A stretch of DNA of 64,000 bases from Longimicrobiales bacterium. GTDB lineage: Bacteria > Gemmatimonadota > Gemmatimonadetes > Longimicrobiales > Gaopeijiaceae. The stretch is from contig CBDDCX010000005.1 of the NCBI GenBank assembly GCA_965226375.1, forward strand, positions 160,001-224,000, in the 5' to 3' direction. Positions 52,313 to 62,665 of this stretch are shown piece by piece. Each line of letters starts with the position of its first letter. Position 1 is the stretch's first letter. The notes beneath the pieces were generated by a model that saw only the letters and a program-made list of their open reading frames with translations, searched no databases and was not told where the DNA came from. Position numbers and translations under genes: made by a program.

Positions 52313-53359
52313 CTATTGGTCGGTGGTCGTGCGCGGCCTCAGCGGAGGGAGCTTGGCCTGCCCAATAGTGTTCGCATCGGATCCGAACCAGATCGAGTTG
52401 GTGCTCTCTTCATAAAACATGTGACGAACCGAGCCCCCGCCGCTTCCGATGTCGGTGACCGAGAAAAACTCTTCGGTCGACGGATCGAAGCCGACGAACT
52501 TGTTGGGGTACACTCCGGTCTCGACGAACCAAATCCGGTCCGCCCCATCGATCGCCATCGCGTAGGGCCTCGACCGTTCGCCCGACGGGTTGTCCCACTC
52601 TTCGATGGCCCCGGTCTTCGGGTCTAGCCGACCCAGCCGACCCAGGCTGTGGTCCACATACCAGATCATATCGTCGGAGTCGACCACGAGGCGGCGCGGT
52701 CTCGTGCGCTCGTCGGGGAGGTCGAAGGAGGTGAGCTCCATCGTCTCCGGATCTACGGTCGCGATCTTGTTGGTGTTGAACAGCGCGATCCAAGGGTGGT
52801 TCTGCGAGTCCATGTGAATCCCGTAGGGTCGGCTGGAGGTGCCCCTTCCACTGATGACCTCGGGGGCCTTCACCAGACTCACGTCACCGGTGCCGGAGAC
52901 GAAGCGTCCGACGAAGTTCCCGCCCTGAACGGTGAACCAGAGGTCGTCGCCCTCACCGAAGACCAGCGTATGGGGATCACGAGCCGCCAGCTCCGGCATC
53001 CTGAACCTCTCGATGTCACCGGTCGTCGGGTCGAGCTTGCCGATGTTCCCCACCAGGTTGCCCGTGTAGTAGACCGTACCGTCATCGTCTACGACAAGGT
53101 TGTGAGGGCCGGTCCCGTCACTCAGGGGAAACTGCTTGAACTCCCCGGTTGTCCGGTCCAGCCATGCGGCGTAATGGGTACGCTGGCCGACGAACCAGAT
53201 CTTGCCGTCCGGGGCTACGTACGGATCGCGTGGCCGACTCTCCTCCCAAGGCACCTTCCATTCGGCGATTTCGATCTCCTGGGCTTGCTGGGCCGTCAGG
53301 GCACCGCCCGAGAGCCCCAGCGCCAGGGCTGTGAGTGGCATCAGATTCACGAGCCGCAT
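52313..53359 (-). CDS. Exported virginiamycin B lyase (Vgb)-like beta-propeller
   Basis: Repeated GPHNL/DPHTL/RPYGI/RPRRL blades; signal peptide. Confidence 0.82.
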   Translation of the reverse strand: MRLVNLMPLTALALGLSGGALTAQQAQEIEIAEWKVPWEESRPRDPYVAPDGKIWFVGQRTHYAAWLDRTTGEFKQFPLSDGTGPHNLVVDDDGTVYYTGNLVGNIGKLDPTTGDIERFRMPELAARDPHTLVFGEGDDLWFTVQGGNFVGRFVSGTGDVSLVKAPEVISGRGTSSRPYGIHMDSQNHPWIALFNTNKIATVDPETMELTSFDLPDERTRPRRLVVDSDDMIWYVDHSLGRLGRLDPKTGAIEEWDNPSGERSRPYAMAIDGADRIWFVETGVYPNKFVGFDPSTEEFFSVTDIGSGGGSVRHMFYEESTNSIWFGSDANTIGQAKLPPLRPRTTTDQ

Positions 53360-53434
53360 CGTCCCCTCCTTGCTAAAGATTCCCCATCTGACTCGATACG
53401 TCTCGGCCGACGCTCGGTGACTTTCGCTAGTGAA

Positions 53435-53947
53435 TCAAGCGTCGAACGGTTCCGTATGCCAGAGTCCACCTGCTGATCCGGCCACCTCCTCGAACGCGAT
53501 GGCGGATATGGCGTCGAGCTGCTGACCTATCTGTTCCCCAAGTAGCTTGCGGATGAACTTCGTCGGGTGATCTAGATCCCATTCCACGAGGGGCTCGGGG
53601 CCATCTTCCAGTACCTGGAGAATGCGGAGCACCAAGTACGTGTCATCCAGAAGTCCGGCCAATCCCAGAGTCATCTCGGGGAGGATGTCTACGGGGTGTA
53701 GAAAGTAACGTGCCGCCCGGTCCAGCAGGGGCTGAACGACCGGAGTCATGCCGCGGTCTGCAGCTTCCTGAGCGGCCGTAGCGAATAAAAGGGGGACGGT
53801 CTCGATGATCTCGAGCGCGACCTCAGCGGCGTCGAGGACCTCCTCCTCCGAGGCCTCGGGCATCCTGTCGCGAATATACCGCTCGAGTACTCCCGTGCCT
53901 CGCGCTTTGGCGCTGTCGATGACAGCCTGGATCTCATCCAGCTTCAC
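53435..53947 (-). CDS. DUF1232/YkvA-like hypothetical protein
   Basis: YFLHPVDILPE...GLAGLLDD. Confidence 0.7.
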   Translation of the reverse strand: MKLDEIQAVIDSAKARGTGVLERYIRDRMPEASEEEVLDAAEVALEIIETVPLLFATAAQEAADRGMTPVVQPLLDRAARYFLHPVDILPEMTLGLAGLLDDTYLVLRILQVLEDGPEPLVEWDLDHPTKFIRKLLGEQIGQQLDAISAIAFEEVAGSAGGLWHTEPFDA

Positions 53948-54062
53948 GGGTCACTCCTCAGGACTCGTTACGGCAATTCGAGCTGCCGGAAAAATAAGCG
54001 CGACGAATGTCGCGGTTGTCATTCACGGAGCCAACCACGTGAGCGCCGCGTGTGACCCAGGA

Positions 54063-55526
54063 TCACGAGGTGGGAGGTACGGCCTTTTGACTGCGTCGCC
54101 AATCCTCGGAGCGCACCAAGGTTTTCCAGACGGCCGTGGGTATGGCGGCGAAGGGGAATGCGATGACGGCGATCGCGAGGTCGGGGTGGAGCCGGAGCAG
54201 CGCCATGATCGACATCTTTTCCACGCCCAGGATGATCAGCAGTGGAAGTGCCGCGGCGAACGCAAGCTCCAGAGCCAGGCGACTGAGGATGGGTGGGGTG
54301 TGAGCGATGGCCGTGGGTCGTCCACTCGCCCTCCAACGGTGAAGCCAGCGCAACGGCAGCAGGATGATCCCGACGACGACCAGGATCAACAGCATCAGGT
54401 GCAGGATACGCTCCCAAAGAAAGTAGGCTTGCCCGGCACGCCCCAGAGCCCGGTCCGCAACGCCGCGTAGGAGCACGCTAGCCGCGTCGGGCCCGGGACC
54501 CCCCGCGCGGCTTGCGAGAACGACGATACCCAGACCTTGCTCCGGAAGGACCGCGATCAAGGCGTGGAATCCTGGGCTCAGCCCCTCCTGGTACCTCGCT
54601 CGCACATCCTCGCCCCAGAGGGGCTCCCAACCGTAGGCGAGTGCCGGGTCTGTGCCGGTCGCCTGATTCACTGCTGTCGGCAGAAGCGCCTCGACTCCCG
54701 AGACCGACAGCGATGGCGCATCGTCGCGAGTCCCATGGGCGAGAAGCACAGACAAGAACCGGCCCAGGTCTGCGGCGCTGGCGGCCACGCGGGCGGCGGG
54801 GACCACGGCGTCCGCGTATGCGTGGCCGTCTGTCGCCATGGGCCATCCGAACATGTAGCGATGGCCCGTTACGACTCCCTCGTTCCGGGCGGTCTCGCCG
54901 TCCGCACTGACGGATCGCATCCCGATCGGCTCGAAGACCCGCTCCGCCATGTGCTCGGAATACGGTTGCCCCGATACGGCCTCCAAGACTCTGCCCAGGA
55001 CCAGGTAGTCCAGGCTCGCAGCCTCGTGCTTCGCGCCCGGCTCGCGGACGAAATCGATATGGTCGAGCCGCCCTTGGACTTGCACTCGGCGGTTGTAGAA
55101 ACCGATTCGGGGAAGTCCGCTACGGTGGGCCAGCAGGTGACGGATCGTCAGGCGCCCGGTGCGGGCGGCATCCTTGAAGGCCAGTCGCGGAAGGTATCGG
55201 ACGACCGGTGCGTCCAGATCGATCAATTCGTCATCCACGAGCCGCATGACCGCGAACGCCGTGAGCGTCTCCGAGACCGAACCCAGGTAGAAGCGATCGG
55301 GGGAGGCGGCCACCCCTTCGGTACTGGGGCCGCGGGGTGTGAAGCGTCCTTCGTACAAGGGGCCCTCCGGTCCCACTACAACCACTGCCACGTCCGGGAG
55401 CTGCCCTACTCTGGCCACCGAAGCGACGTACTCCGACAGAGCAGCCGTGTCGAGAGCGGGTGGTCCCTGCCCCTCCAGGGGAGGAGCCCACAAGACTCCC
55501 ACCAAGACGCATGGGAGGATCCTCAC
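54063..55526 (-). CDS. Beta-lactamase-family serine hydrolase homologue with C-terminal TM helices, probably inactive
   Basis: FYLGSVSET, LDAPVVRYLP and TIRHLLAHRSGL motifs. Confidence 0.8.
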   Translation of the reverse strand: MRILPCVLVGVLWAPPLEGQGPPALDTAALSEYVASVARVGQLPDVAVVVVGPEGPLYEGRFTPRGPSTEGVAASPDRFYLGSVSETLTAFAVMRLVDDELIDLDAPVVRYLPRLAFKDAARTGRLTIRHLLAHRSGLPRIGFYNRRVQVQGRLDHIDFVREPGAKHEAASLDYLVLGRVLEAVSGQPYSEHMAERVFEPIGMRSVSADGETARNEGVVTGHRYMFGWPMATDGHAYADAVVPAARVAASAADLGRFLSVLLAHGTRDDAPSLSVSGVEALLPTAVNQATGTDPALAYGWEPLWGEDVRARYQEGLSPGFHALIAVLPEQGLGIVVLASRAGGPGPDAASVLLRGVADRALGRAGQAYFLWERILHLMLLILVVVGIILLPLRWLHRWRASGRPTAIAHTPPILSRLALELAFAAALPLLIILGVEKMSIMALLRLHPDLAIAVIAFPFAAIPTAVWKTLVRSEDWRRSQKAVPPTS

Positions 55527-55545
55527 TTATGCACCTCCGGGGCCG

Positions 55546-58500
55546 TCAGCGGCCTCCTCGTGTCGGGATCTCCACGACATCCCCGGGATCGGCCCGTACA
55601 TTCGCATCGTCGAGACTGCGGTTGAGAGCGGGCATGCGCTCCGAGATCACGGTGTTGAGTCGCTCTATGATGCCTGGCACGTCGCTCCACGCCTTGTCTA
55701 CGGCCTCGATTTGGTCTTCGGTGGGCCGTGTCGTGGATCCCTCGATAGCCGAGCGGGTTCTGCGCACCGAGAGGTCATCCAGGTCGTCGCTGATACTGCC
55801 GAGGTCTTCCTTGATCGCCTTCACCTCTTCGCCTAGTGTCTCGGACGCATCGTCGGCGTCGTTCAAGAGATCGTCCACGTCGCCGAGTTGGTCGCGAAGT
55901 CGCAGTATCGCTTGTCCAGCGTCATGGATCGACGTCTCGAGCCCATAGGCCGACATGATGGCGGCTTGGCGCGCTGCGAGATCCCCACGGGAAACTTCGA
56001 TACGAGGATCCTGCCGCAGCACCAGATCACCCAGCATGGTCGTCTTACCGTATTCGATCTGGATCTGATAGACTCCGGGGAGCACCTTGGGACCCTGTAC
56101 AGGGCCTCCGAACCCGCCTCCCCCGCCCGTGGCTTGTTCGGTCTCGTAGGGTGGATCCAGCCGGAAGTCCCAGATGACCTCGTGGGCTCCCGGGGAGGAC
56201 GGCCCCTCGAGGGTCCGCACTTCCTGCCCGGTGGCCGTCGTGATCTGGATGTCGATCGAGTCGTCGTCGGCCTCCTGCTCTGCGTCGGCCGATTCCTCCT
56301 CGTCGGCCGCTTCATCGTCCGGGTCGTCGGAATCGTCAGCGTCGTCGTCGGCCATCGTGGCCTCCTCGGGCAGCCAATACCGGATACGAGCGCCGGTGCT
56401 CGGGTTTGGAATGCGGAATTCTCCAGAGGCGGTCCACTCCTGGTTGCGGAAGTTCCTCCAGTCCACCGCCCGGCCGACGCGGAAGAGATAGGAGCGAGAG
56501 GCCTCGACGGATCCGGCAGCGAGCTCGTCGAGCGGCGTGATGTTGTCCATCACCCAGATGCCCCGGCCATGGGTTCCGATGATGAGATCATTGTGGTCGG
56601 GTTGGATCTTGATGTCGTCCACCGGCACCGTGGGCAAGCCGTTCATCAGCGCGGCCCAGCTCGAGCCGCGATCGGTCGACACATATAGGCCTACCTCATT
56701 TCCGACAAAGAGCAGGTTCTCCTGGTCCGGGTGCTCGGCCAGGATGTTCACGGAAGAGTTTGGGAGCCCCGCGGTGATCGAGGTCCAAGTCTCACCGAAG
56801 TCGTCGCTCACATACACGTACGGAGCGAAGTCTCCCGAGTAGTGCCCATCGAACGTGGCGTAGACGCGGCTCTCTCGTGCGTTGGAGGCTACCAGGCGAC
56901 TGACGTAGGTGTTGGTGGGCAAGTCCCGTATTCCCGGCGTCAGGTCCACCCAGTTCACACCTCCGTCCTGCGTACCCATGATCCGGCCGTCGTCGCTGCC
57001 GGTGTAGAGGACGTCTGGACGCATGGGCGACTCTCCCACCGTGGTCAGAGTGCTGTAGGTCGAAACCCCGTCGTGACGCGAGATCATGGAGTCCGAGGGC
57101 AAGACCCCCATGATGGGCAGCTGAGACCGATTTATGTCGAAGGTCAGATCGGGGCTGATCTGGCTCCAGGTCATGCCTTGGTCCGTGCTCCTCATCAGCA
57201 TCTGGCTGCCTGTGTAGACCGTGTTCCGGTCGTGGGAGGAGAGCAGTGTGGGTGTATTCCAGTTGAAGCGGTATTGAGCGTCCTCCGAGTCGGGATCGTC
57301 CGCAGAGGGGTAGTCCTTCTTGCGAGGCGAACCCTCTTCCAGGTCGAAGTTGGGCGTCGGTGCGATCGACATTCGCTCCCCCGTCGCCAGGTTCACACGA
57401 CTCACACGGCCGCCCTGAGACTCGGCGTAGAGCACGCTCGAGTCCTCCGGGTCGATCTGGACGTAGAAGCCGTCTCCCCCCCCGATGTTCTGCCAGTCGG
57501 CGTTACGAATGCCTTGACTGTCGAGCGTGTTGGTCGGGCCGCACCAGCTTCCGTTGTCCTGCAATCCCCCACACACCCAGTACGGATTTCGCGTGTCGAA
57601 GCCGATTTCGTAGAACTGGGACACGGGAAGGTTGTCGTAGAAACGCCAAGTTTCCGAGCCGTCGAACGAGGTCGAGACACCGCCGTCGCTTCCCAGGATC
57701 AGGTGGTTCGAGTTGGACGGGTCGATCCACAGGGCGTGGTGGTCGAGGTGGACGTTTCGGGCACCCTCACTCGTGAACGTCCGCCCGCCATCGTCGGACC
57801 GCATCAGGTTCACGCCACCCACGTAGACGCGTTGAGGGTTGTTCGGATCCACGCGGATCATGCTGAAATACATCGGGCGGCGGTTGGTGTTCGACAGCTT
57901 CTCCCAAGTGTCGCCTCGGTCCCTCGATGCGTAAATGCCGGTCTGGCCCCGGCGGGCCTCGACCGTGGCGAAGACCAGATTGCCGTCCCGTCTGTAAACG
58001 TCGAGCCCGATGCGCCCCAGGTCTCCGTCCGGGAGACCGTCCTCCAAACGCTTCCACGTGGCGCCACCGTCCAAGGTGCGGTAGATGCCGCTTCCCGGGC
58101 CGCCCCCGTTGAAGCCCCACGCCGTACGCTGACGCTGGTACATCGCGGCGAACAGCGTGTTGGGGTCGGCCGGATCCATGATCAAGTCGATGGCCCCGGT
58201 CTGGTCGTCCACGAAGAGGACCAGGTCCCAGGTGGCGCCGCCGTCGGTGGTCTTATAGACACCCCGCTCCGGGCTCGACTTCCAGAGATTACCGACGGCG
58301 GCCACATAGGCGACGTCGGGATCGCGCGGATGGACCCGAATGCGACCGATGTGCCGGGTTTCCTGCAGGCCCATGCTGTTCCAGGTACGCCCGCCGTCCA
58401 TCGACTTGAAGACGCCGTCACCCCACGGCGAGCTCTGCCGATTCTGCGGCTCGCCCGTGCCCACCCACACCACGTTGGGGTTCGACGGTGCCAGGGTGAC

Positions 58501-58812
58501 ATCCCCGATGGAAGCCGTGGACTGGTCGGTGAAGACCGCGGTCCAGGTGGTGCCGTGGTTGGTGCTCTTCCACACCCCGCCGGTGGCCGTGCCCACGTAG
58601 ATGTTGCGGGTGTCCGCCTCATCCACCGCCAGGTCGCTGATGCGCCCGCCTACAACGGCGGGACCGATCTCACGCCACTTCAGGAAGGCCGTCAGTTCCG
58701 CTGGGTCGCTGGACGCGTCTTCTTGGGCGTGAACTGGCGTCCCTACCACGCACAGGACGGCCAGGACAAGGCACCACGATGTGAGCGAGGCGTAGGCTCT
58801 GGGCATCTTCAT
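55546..58812 (-). CDS. VPS10/BNR-repeat (sortilin-like) exported protein
   Basis: WREIGP..GGRI; many SxDGGxTW Asp-boxes; GGLQDNGSW; GTHGRG. Confidence 0.9.
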   Translation of the reverse strand: MKMPRAYASLTSWCLVLAVLCVVGTPVHAQEDASSDPAELTAFLKWREIGPAVVGGRISDLAVDEADTRNIYVGTATGGVWKSTNHGTTWTAVFTDQSTASIGDVTLAPSNPNVVWVGTGEPQNRQSSPWGDGVFKSMDGGRTWNSMGLQETRHIGRIRVHPRDPDVAYVAAVGNLWKSSPERGVYKTTDGGATWDLVLFVDDQTGAIDLIMDPADPNTLFAAMYQRQRTAWGFNGGGPGSGIYRTLDGGATWKRLEDGLPDGDLGRIGLDVYRRDGNLVFATVEARRGQTGIYASRDRGDTWEKLSNTNRRPMYFSMIRVDPNNPQRVYVGGVNLMRSDDGGRTFTSEGARNVHLDHHALWIDPSNSNHLILGSDGGVSTSFDGSETWRFYDNLPVSQFYEIGFDTRNPYWVCGGLQDNGSWCGPTNTLDSQGIRNADWQNIGGGDGFYVQIDPEDSSVLYAESQGGRVSRVNLATGERMSIAPTPNFDLEEGSPRKKDYPSADDPDSEDAQYRFNWNTPTLLSSHDRNTVYTGSQMLMRSTDQGMTWSQISPDLTFDINRSQLPIMGVLPSDSMISRHDGVSTYSTLTTVGESPMRPDVLYTGSDDGRIMGTQDGGVNWVDLTPGIRDLPTNTYVSRLVASNARESRVYATFDGHYSGDFAPYVYVSDDFGETWTSITAGLPNSSVNILAEHPDQENLLFVGNEVGLYVSTDRGSSWAALMNGLPTVPVDDIKIQPDHNDLIIGTHGRGIWVMDNITPLDELAAGSVEASRSYLFRVGRAVDWRNFRNQEWTASGEFRIPNPSTGARIRYWLPEEATMADDDADDSDDPDDEAADEEESADAEQEADDDSIDIQITTATGQEVRTLEGPSSPGAHEVIWDFRLDPPYETEQATGGGGGFGGPVQGPKVLPGVYQIQIEYGKTTMLGDLVLRQDPRIEVSRGDLAARQAAIMSAYGLETSIHDAGQAILRLRDQLGDVDDLLNDADDASETLGEEVKAIKEDLGSISDDLDDLSVRRTRSAIEGSTTRPTEDQIEAVDKAWSDVPGIIERLNTVISERMPALNRSLDDANVRADPGDVVEIPTRGGR

Positions 58813-58923
58813 ATGTCCGCTCTTCTCAATGATCGACGGCAATGAGTTCCAAGTCCGCAAGAATTCCGGAGTGCGACCCCGTAAGATGGGACCGGTGGAT
58901 ATCTGCGGGCAAAGGGGGTGGTG

Positions 58924-60018
58924 TCAGCGAGGCGCCGTTGCGACCTCGTAGGCCTGCTTGGCCACTTCGCGTGCGTACTCTCGCAACGTGTCACCTCGCC
59001 TCGGATCAGACCGATCAAGGAAGTAGGGGAGGGCGAGGCGGTTGATATGTTCGAGTGTCGCGTCCCACCCCAGGCCCGCTCGGTGCACCTCGGCAACGGC
59101 ATCCGCCACCGTCCGCATGAAGTCGCGCTGACCCTGCAGCAGGTTTGCGTCCCGTAACACGGGCCCGTGCGAGGGAACGATGATGTTCACGTCGAGCTCG
59201 GCGATGGCCGTTAGGGCTCGGGCCCAGCCGGCGGGAGAGCTGCTCTCGTCCACCCAAGGAAGGCCGTCCTCGACAAGGTCCCCCACCGCGAGGATTCGCT
59301 GGGCCGGCAAGTACACCACGATGTCCCCTCGAGTGTGGGCACGGCCGAAGTGAAGGAGATGGATGGGTTGAGTCGCATCATCCGCCAGCGTGAGAATTTC
59401 CTCGAAGGTGACGTCGGGAGCCGTCAGGCGTAGTGTCTGGAGTTCCTCCAGGTAACCTTGGCGGAGACGGGCGCTGCGACTCAACTGTTCGACCTCTGCG
59501 TTCGCCAGATCCTCTCCGCTCGGGCCTTTCCGGGTTCTTATCTGCTCCTCCCGATCGGCGATGCTGGCCGGCAGGTCGGCAATCTCCTGAGCGAGGGCGG
59601 CTGCACCCTGCGAGTGCACGTCCGTGACCGTGGTCACGTGTCCGATGAATTCGACGTCGGGGAACTGTTCCTTGTAGCTCTGGTTGCCGTAGACGTGGTC
59701 CCCGTGCCAATGGGTATTCACCACGTACCGCACCGGGAGAGGCGTGAGCTTTCTGATCTCGTCGATCAGGACGTTCGCCGCGGACGGCGACTGATGGGAG
59801 TCGACGACTAGTACGTCCCGTTCTCGTATGACGATGAGCGCATTGGCAAAGACGTACCGGGGAGGATTCGGGCGGACCAGTGCCACATGGACGTTCGGGG
59901 CGAGTTGCACGAGCTCGAAGGTGTCTTGCGCAGGGAGGCGACCGAACATCGCGAGGAGGACGCACAACGTTAAGGCTCCGCCACGCGTGGCGACGGCGGC
60001 CTGCGAAAACACGCTCAA
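58924..60018 (-). CDS. Exported MBL-fold metallohydrolase
   Basis: THWHGDHVYGN, AHTRGD and VPSHG motifs. Confidence 0.88.
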   Translation of the reverse strand: MSVFSQAAVATRGGALTLCVLLAMFGRLPAQDTFELVQLAPNVHVALVRPNPPRYVFANALIVIRERDVLVVDSHQSPSAANVLIDEIRKLTPLPVRYVVNTHWHGDHVYGNQSYKEQFPDVEFIGHVTTVTDVHSQGAAALAQEIADLPASIADREEQIRTRKGPSGEDLANAEVEQLSRSARLRQGYLEELQTLRLTAPDVTFEEILTLADDATQPIHLLHFGRAHTRGDIVVYLPAQRILAVGDLVEDGLPWVDESSSPAGWARALTAIAELDVNIIVPSHGPVLRDANLLQGQRDFMRTVADAVAEVHRAGLGWDATLEHINRLALPYFLDRSDPRRGDTLREYAREVAKQAYEVATAPR

Positions 60019-60353
60019 GTGACGGAGCCACCGACAAAGGCCTGCGCCTCGGCCATCAGGTCGACCCAGACCCTCTCGTCTCGTTCGGGAATGAGCACCC
60101 ACTGAGAAAAAATCCGGCCCGCCGGGGCGAAGGGCTGCCCGACCCCGGTCGTTATGAGCTCCTGCACCTGCGTCTTGGATAGCTTCACGATCAGCTCGCC
60201 CGTCCGATGATCGCAGGTGGCGAAGAACTCTCCGCCTGTGTGCAGGCACGGGAATCCCATCAGGCTTCCTTCCGTCACAGCATCCGCGGCGAAGAGCGGG
60301 CTGGCGAGCTCCCAGAAGAAGTCGGTGGCAGGCGGCTTCAAGTCCTTGGCCAT
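60015..60353 (-). CDS. Hypothetical protein (TfoX/YjbR-like)
   Basis: LMGFPCL...LIVKL...PFAPAGRIFSQWV...EAQAFV. Confidence 0.7.
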   Translation of the reverse strand: MAKDLKPPATDFFWELASPLFAADAVTEGSLMGFPCLHTGGEFFATCDHRTGELIVKLSKTQVQELITTGVGQPFAPAGRIFSQWVLIPERDERVWVDLMAEAQAFVGGSVT

Positions 60354-60480
60354 ATCTGTAGTCCTTGTCGCGTAAGAGTCCTGCGTACCATACGTGCGAA
60401 TCAGTCTCGGCTGTCCTCCACGGTCCTGCCAGGGGTGACGTCGGCGGCGTCCGGCCTGTGGGGGGCTCACAACCCCCGAG

Positions 60481-61173
60481 TCACGGGCCCGCCATCGGCA
60501 GCGACACGTGCAGGTGGTCCGCAGTACCCACGTGCCGTAGCGTGTGAAACCCCATGATCCGGAAGTATCCCGCGGTGAGTCGGTTTCTGCGCTCGGTTCG
60601 CCCGACGGTCCGCAGATCCAGGGCATGCACGAAGCGGTCCTGCAACGTGAAGTGGAGTGACGTCTCGTTCACGGGGAGTCCCATCTTCAGGTAGTCCTCG
60701 GCCGTTCGGCCCAGATCGGTGACCACCGCTTCACGATCGAAGAGCAGGAACGTACTCGCACCGATTCGCATGAGGGGGTGGAGTGACGTGTAGTACGCCC
60801 GGAGCTCGGGCGTCTTCGCATTCGCCGCGGACAGATACAGCAGTCCGTAGACCGAATATCCGCCCACCACCGCGAAGAGCAGGTGCCTGGCCAACCGCGG
60901 CACACTTCCCTTGCCGATCATCCGCTTCCAGAGGATCGAAGCGTAGATGAGGAAGAGCAGCGCAGTGGCGAAGATCCCACTGGCCAATGAGGACCACGTA
61001 CCCCACCCGAGGTCCTGATAGGCGTACACGGAGCCGCGCACCAGCAGTAGGAAGGGCAGTGCCAGAATGATGGCGACCTTGAGCGAGAACCATCCGACGC
61101 GGGCTCCCAGGCCGAGGGCCTTTACCCACAGCCGTTTCTTTCTCGGGCGCACAACGCCGAGATCCAAATTCAT
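60481..61173 (-). CDS. Membrane protein with a C-terminal LAS/M15-like metallopeptidase motif
   Basis: Three TM helices, then SLH...HALDL...DHLHV. Confidence 0.65.
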   Translation of the reverse strand: MNLDLGVVRPRKKRLWVKALGLGARVGWFSLKVAIILALPFLLLVRGSVYAYQDLGWGTWSSLASGIFATALLFLIYASILWKRMIGKGSVPRLARHLLFAVVGGYSVYGLLYLSAANAKTPELRAYYTSLHPLMRIGASTFLLFDREAVVTDLGRTAEDYLKMGLPVNETSLHFTLQDRFVHALDLRTVGRTERRNRLTAGYFRIMGFHTLRHVGTADHLHVSLPMAGP

Positions 61174-61335
61174 GATGCTTTCCCGATTTCCACCCATCAT
61201 CACCCTCCCTACGGGGAAAGCGCTGTGTCGATTTCTGACGTCCGGAGTGCGCACGCACCCCGTTGACTTAGTGTGGTGCTACAGAAGCGTCTCGGCACTT
61301 TCGGTGGCTCGCGAACTCCCCGAAAAAAAAGGACC

Positions 61336-62631
61336 ATGCAGAGTTTATCCCAGGACGAGGTCCAGAGCCTTCTCCTCAGCCGGCCCGGCTGGGCAGAGGG
61401 ATGGGCCGGCTCGGCTGCGGGTCCGGAGCTCGTCACCCATTGGGTGGGTGCCCTCATCTGGAATACTCTGGGCGTTCCTGTCGGATGGCTCGCGCTCTTC
61501 GGGGACAAGGATTTGGGCCTCTTCCTGTCGCTCCTGCTCCCGGGGTTTACACTGGTGGGGGGTCTACTCCTGGTCATCGCTGTCCGGGAGACCCTGCGCT
61601 GGAGCCGCTTTCGTAATCTCCGCATGGAACTCGACCCTCACCCTGGTTCGCTGGGCGGGCATGTCGGTGGGTCGTTGGAGCTTCCAGTGCACCGTGTGGA
61701 TGACGGAAACGTTCGGGTTCTCCTCGTGTGCATCCGCGACCGTCTGCACAAGACGAGCGACGGATCGTCCCGAAAGGAGTCCATCGAGTGGGCCGAAGAG
61801 ATGATCCCCGAGGTAGTGCGTTCTGGCCGAGGGCATCTCGTTCGCTTCACCTTTCAGATCCCTGGGGGTCTGCCGCCGACCGGCGAGAAATCCGATGACT
61901 ATCACAAGTGGGTCGTGCGTGTGCAGGCGGATCTTGCGGGCGCCGATCTGGACCAGGCGTTCGAGGTGCCGGTGCTAGTCCTCGACCCGGTGCTGCATGC
62001 GGCACGTCCTACGTTGGCCACGCCGACGCCCGTGCGAACGGAGGCTCTACCGGACGATGTGGTTCGTGTCACGAGACGCGGGGGTGCCCTGACGCTCCAC
62101 TATCCTGTGGGCCGTGGTGGTTTGGCAGGCGTGATGTTCCTGGTGTTCGGGGCCATCTTCACGGGTATGGGTGTCTTCTTCTTCGGTGCCGTCTCGCAGA
62201 TGACGGATGGGAGTGCATTCGGCGTCGTCGCTGTTGCCTTCGGATCCATCTTCCTCGTGATTTTCGGTGGGGTGGGCGCCCTGATCATGTTCCTGGGACT
62301 CTATTCGCTCCTGAATTCTCTCGTGGTCGAGATACGCAATGGCAAGATCTCGACACGCCGGTGGTTTCTCCTGCCCGTTACCCGGTCGGCTCGGATCGAC
62401 GAGGTCGAACGCCTCGAGATGAACGAGAGCAGCCGGGTGGGTGACGGTGCCAAGGCGAAGCGCAAGGTGACGATTCGGGCGTTCTTGAGAGGGGGGCGCC
62501 GGCTCTGTCTGGGGGACGAAATCCCGTGGGGCCCGCCCGCCGACGCGATGTCCGCGTTGCTCAGTGGAGAGTTGGGCCTTCCGGTGGATCTTGTGAAGAG
62601 GCCGGATCGATTCCGCGCGGATCGCGGGTGA
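61336..62631 (+). CDS. Hypothetical membrane protein (DUF3592-associated type)
   Basis: Two TM hairpins flanking an arrestin-like beta domain. Confidence 0.7.
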   Translation: MQSLSQDEVQSLLLSRPGWAEGWAGSAAGPELVTHWVGALIWNTLGVPVGWLALFGDKDLGLFLSLLLPGFTLVGGLLLVIAVRETLRWSRFRNLRMELDPHPGSLGGHVGGSLELPVHRVDDGNVRVLLVCIRDRLHKTSDGSSRKESIEWAEEMIPEVVRSGRGHLVRFTFQIPGGLPPTGEKSDDYHKWVVRVQADLAGADLDQAFEVPVLVLDPVLHAARPTLATPTPVRTEALPDDVVRVTRRGGALTLHYPVGRGGLAGVMFLVFGAIFTGMGVFFFGAVSQMTDGSAFGVVAVAFGSIFLVIFGGVGALIMFLGLYSLLNSLVVEIRNGKISTRRWFLLPVTRSARIDEVERLEMNESSRVGDGAKAKRKVTIRAFLRGGRRLCLGDEIPWGPPADAMSALLSGELGLPVDLVKRPDRFRADRG

Positions 62632-62665
62632 GCGCCTGCGCTGACGCGAACGCACCTTACAGCAT

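Noticed and set aside
56731..58845. Long antisense ORFs (also 24091-25764, 34232-35794, 37197-38666)
   Set aside because: Shadow frames of well-supported genes in GC-rich DNA.
52313..60018. Antibiotic-resistance calls for the Vgb-like, beta-lactamase-like and MBL-fold genes
   Set aside because: Family-level folds only. The serine hydrolase lacks catalytic motifs, and there is no sequence evidence of antibiotic specificity.
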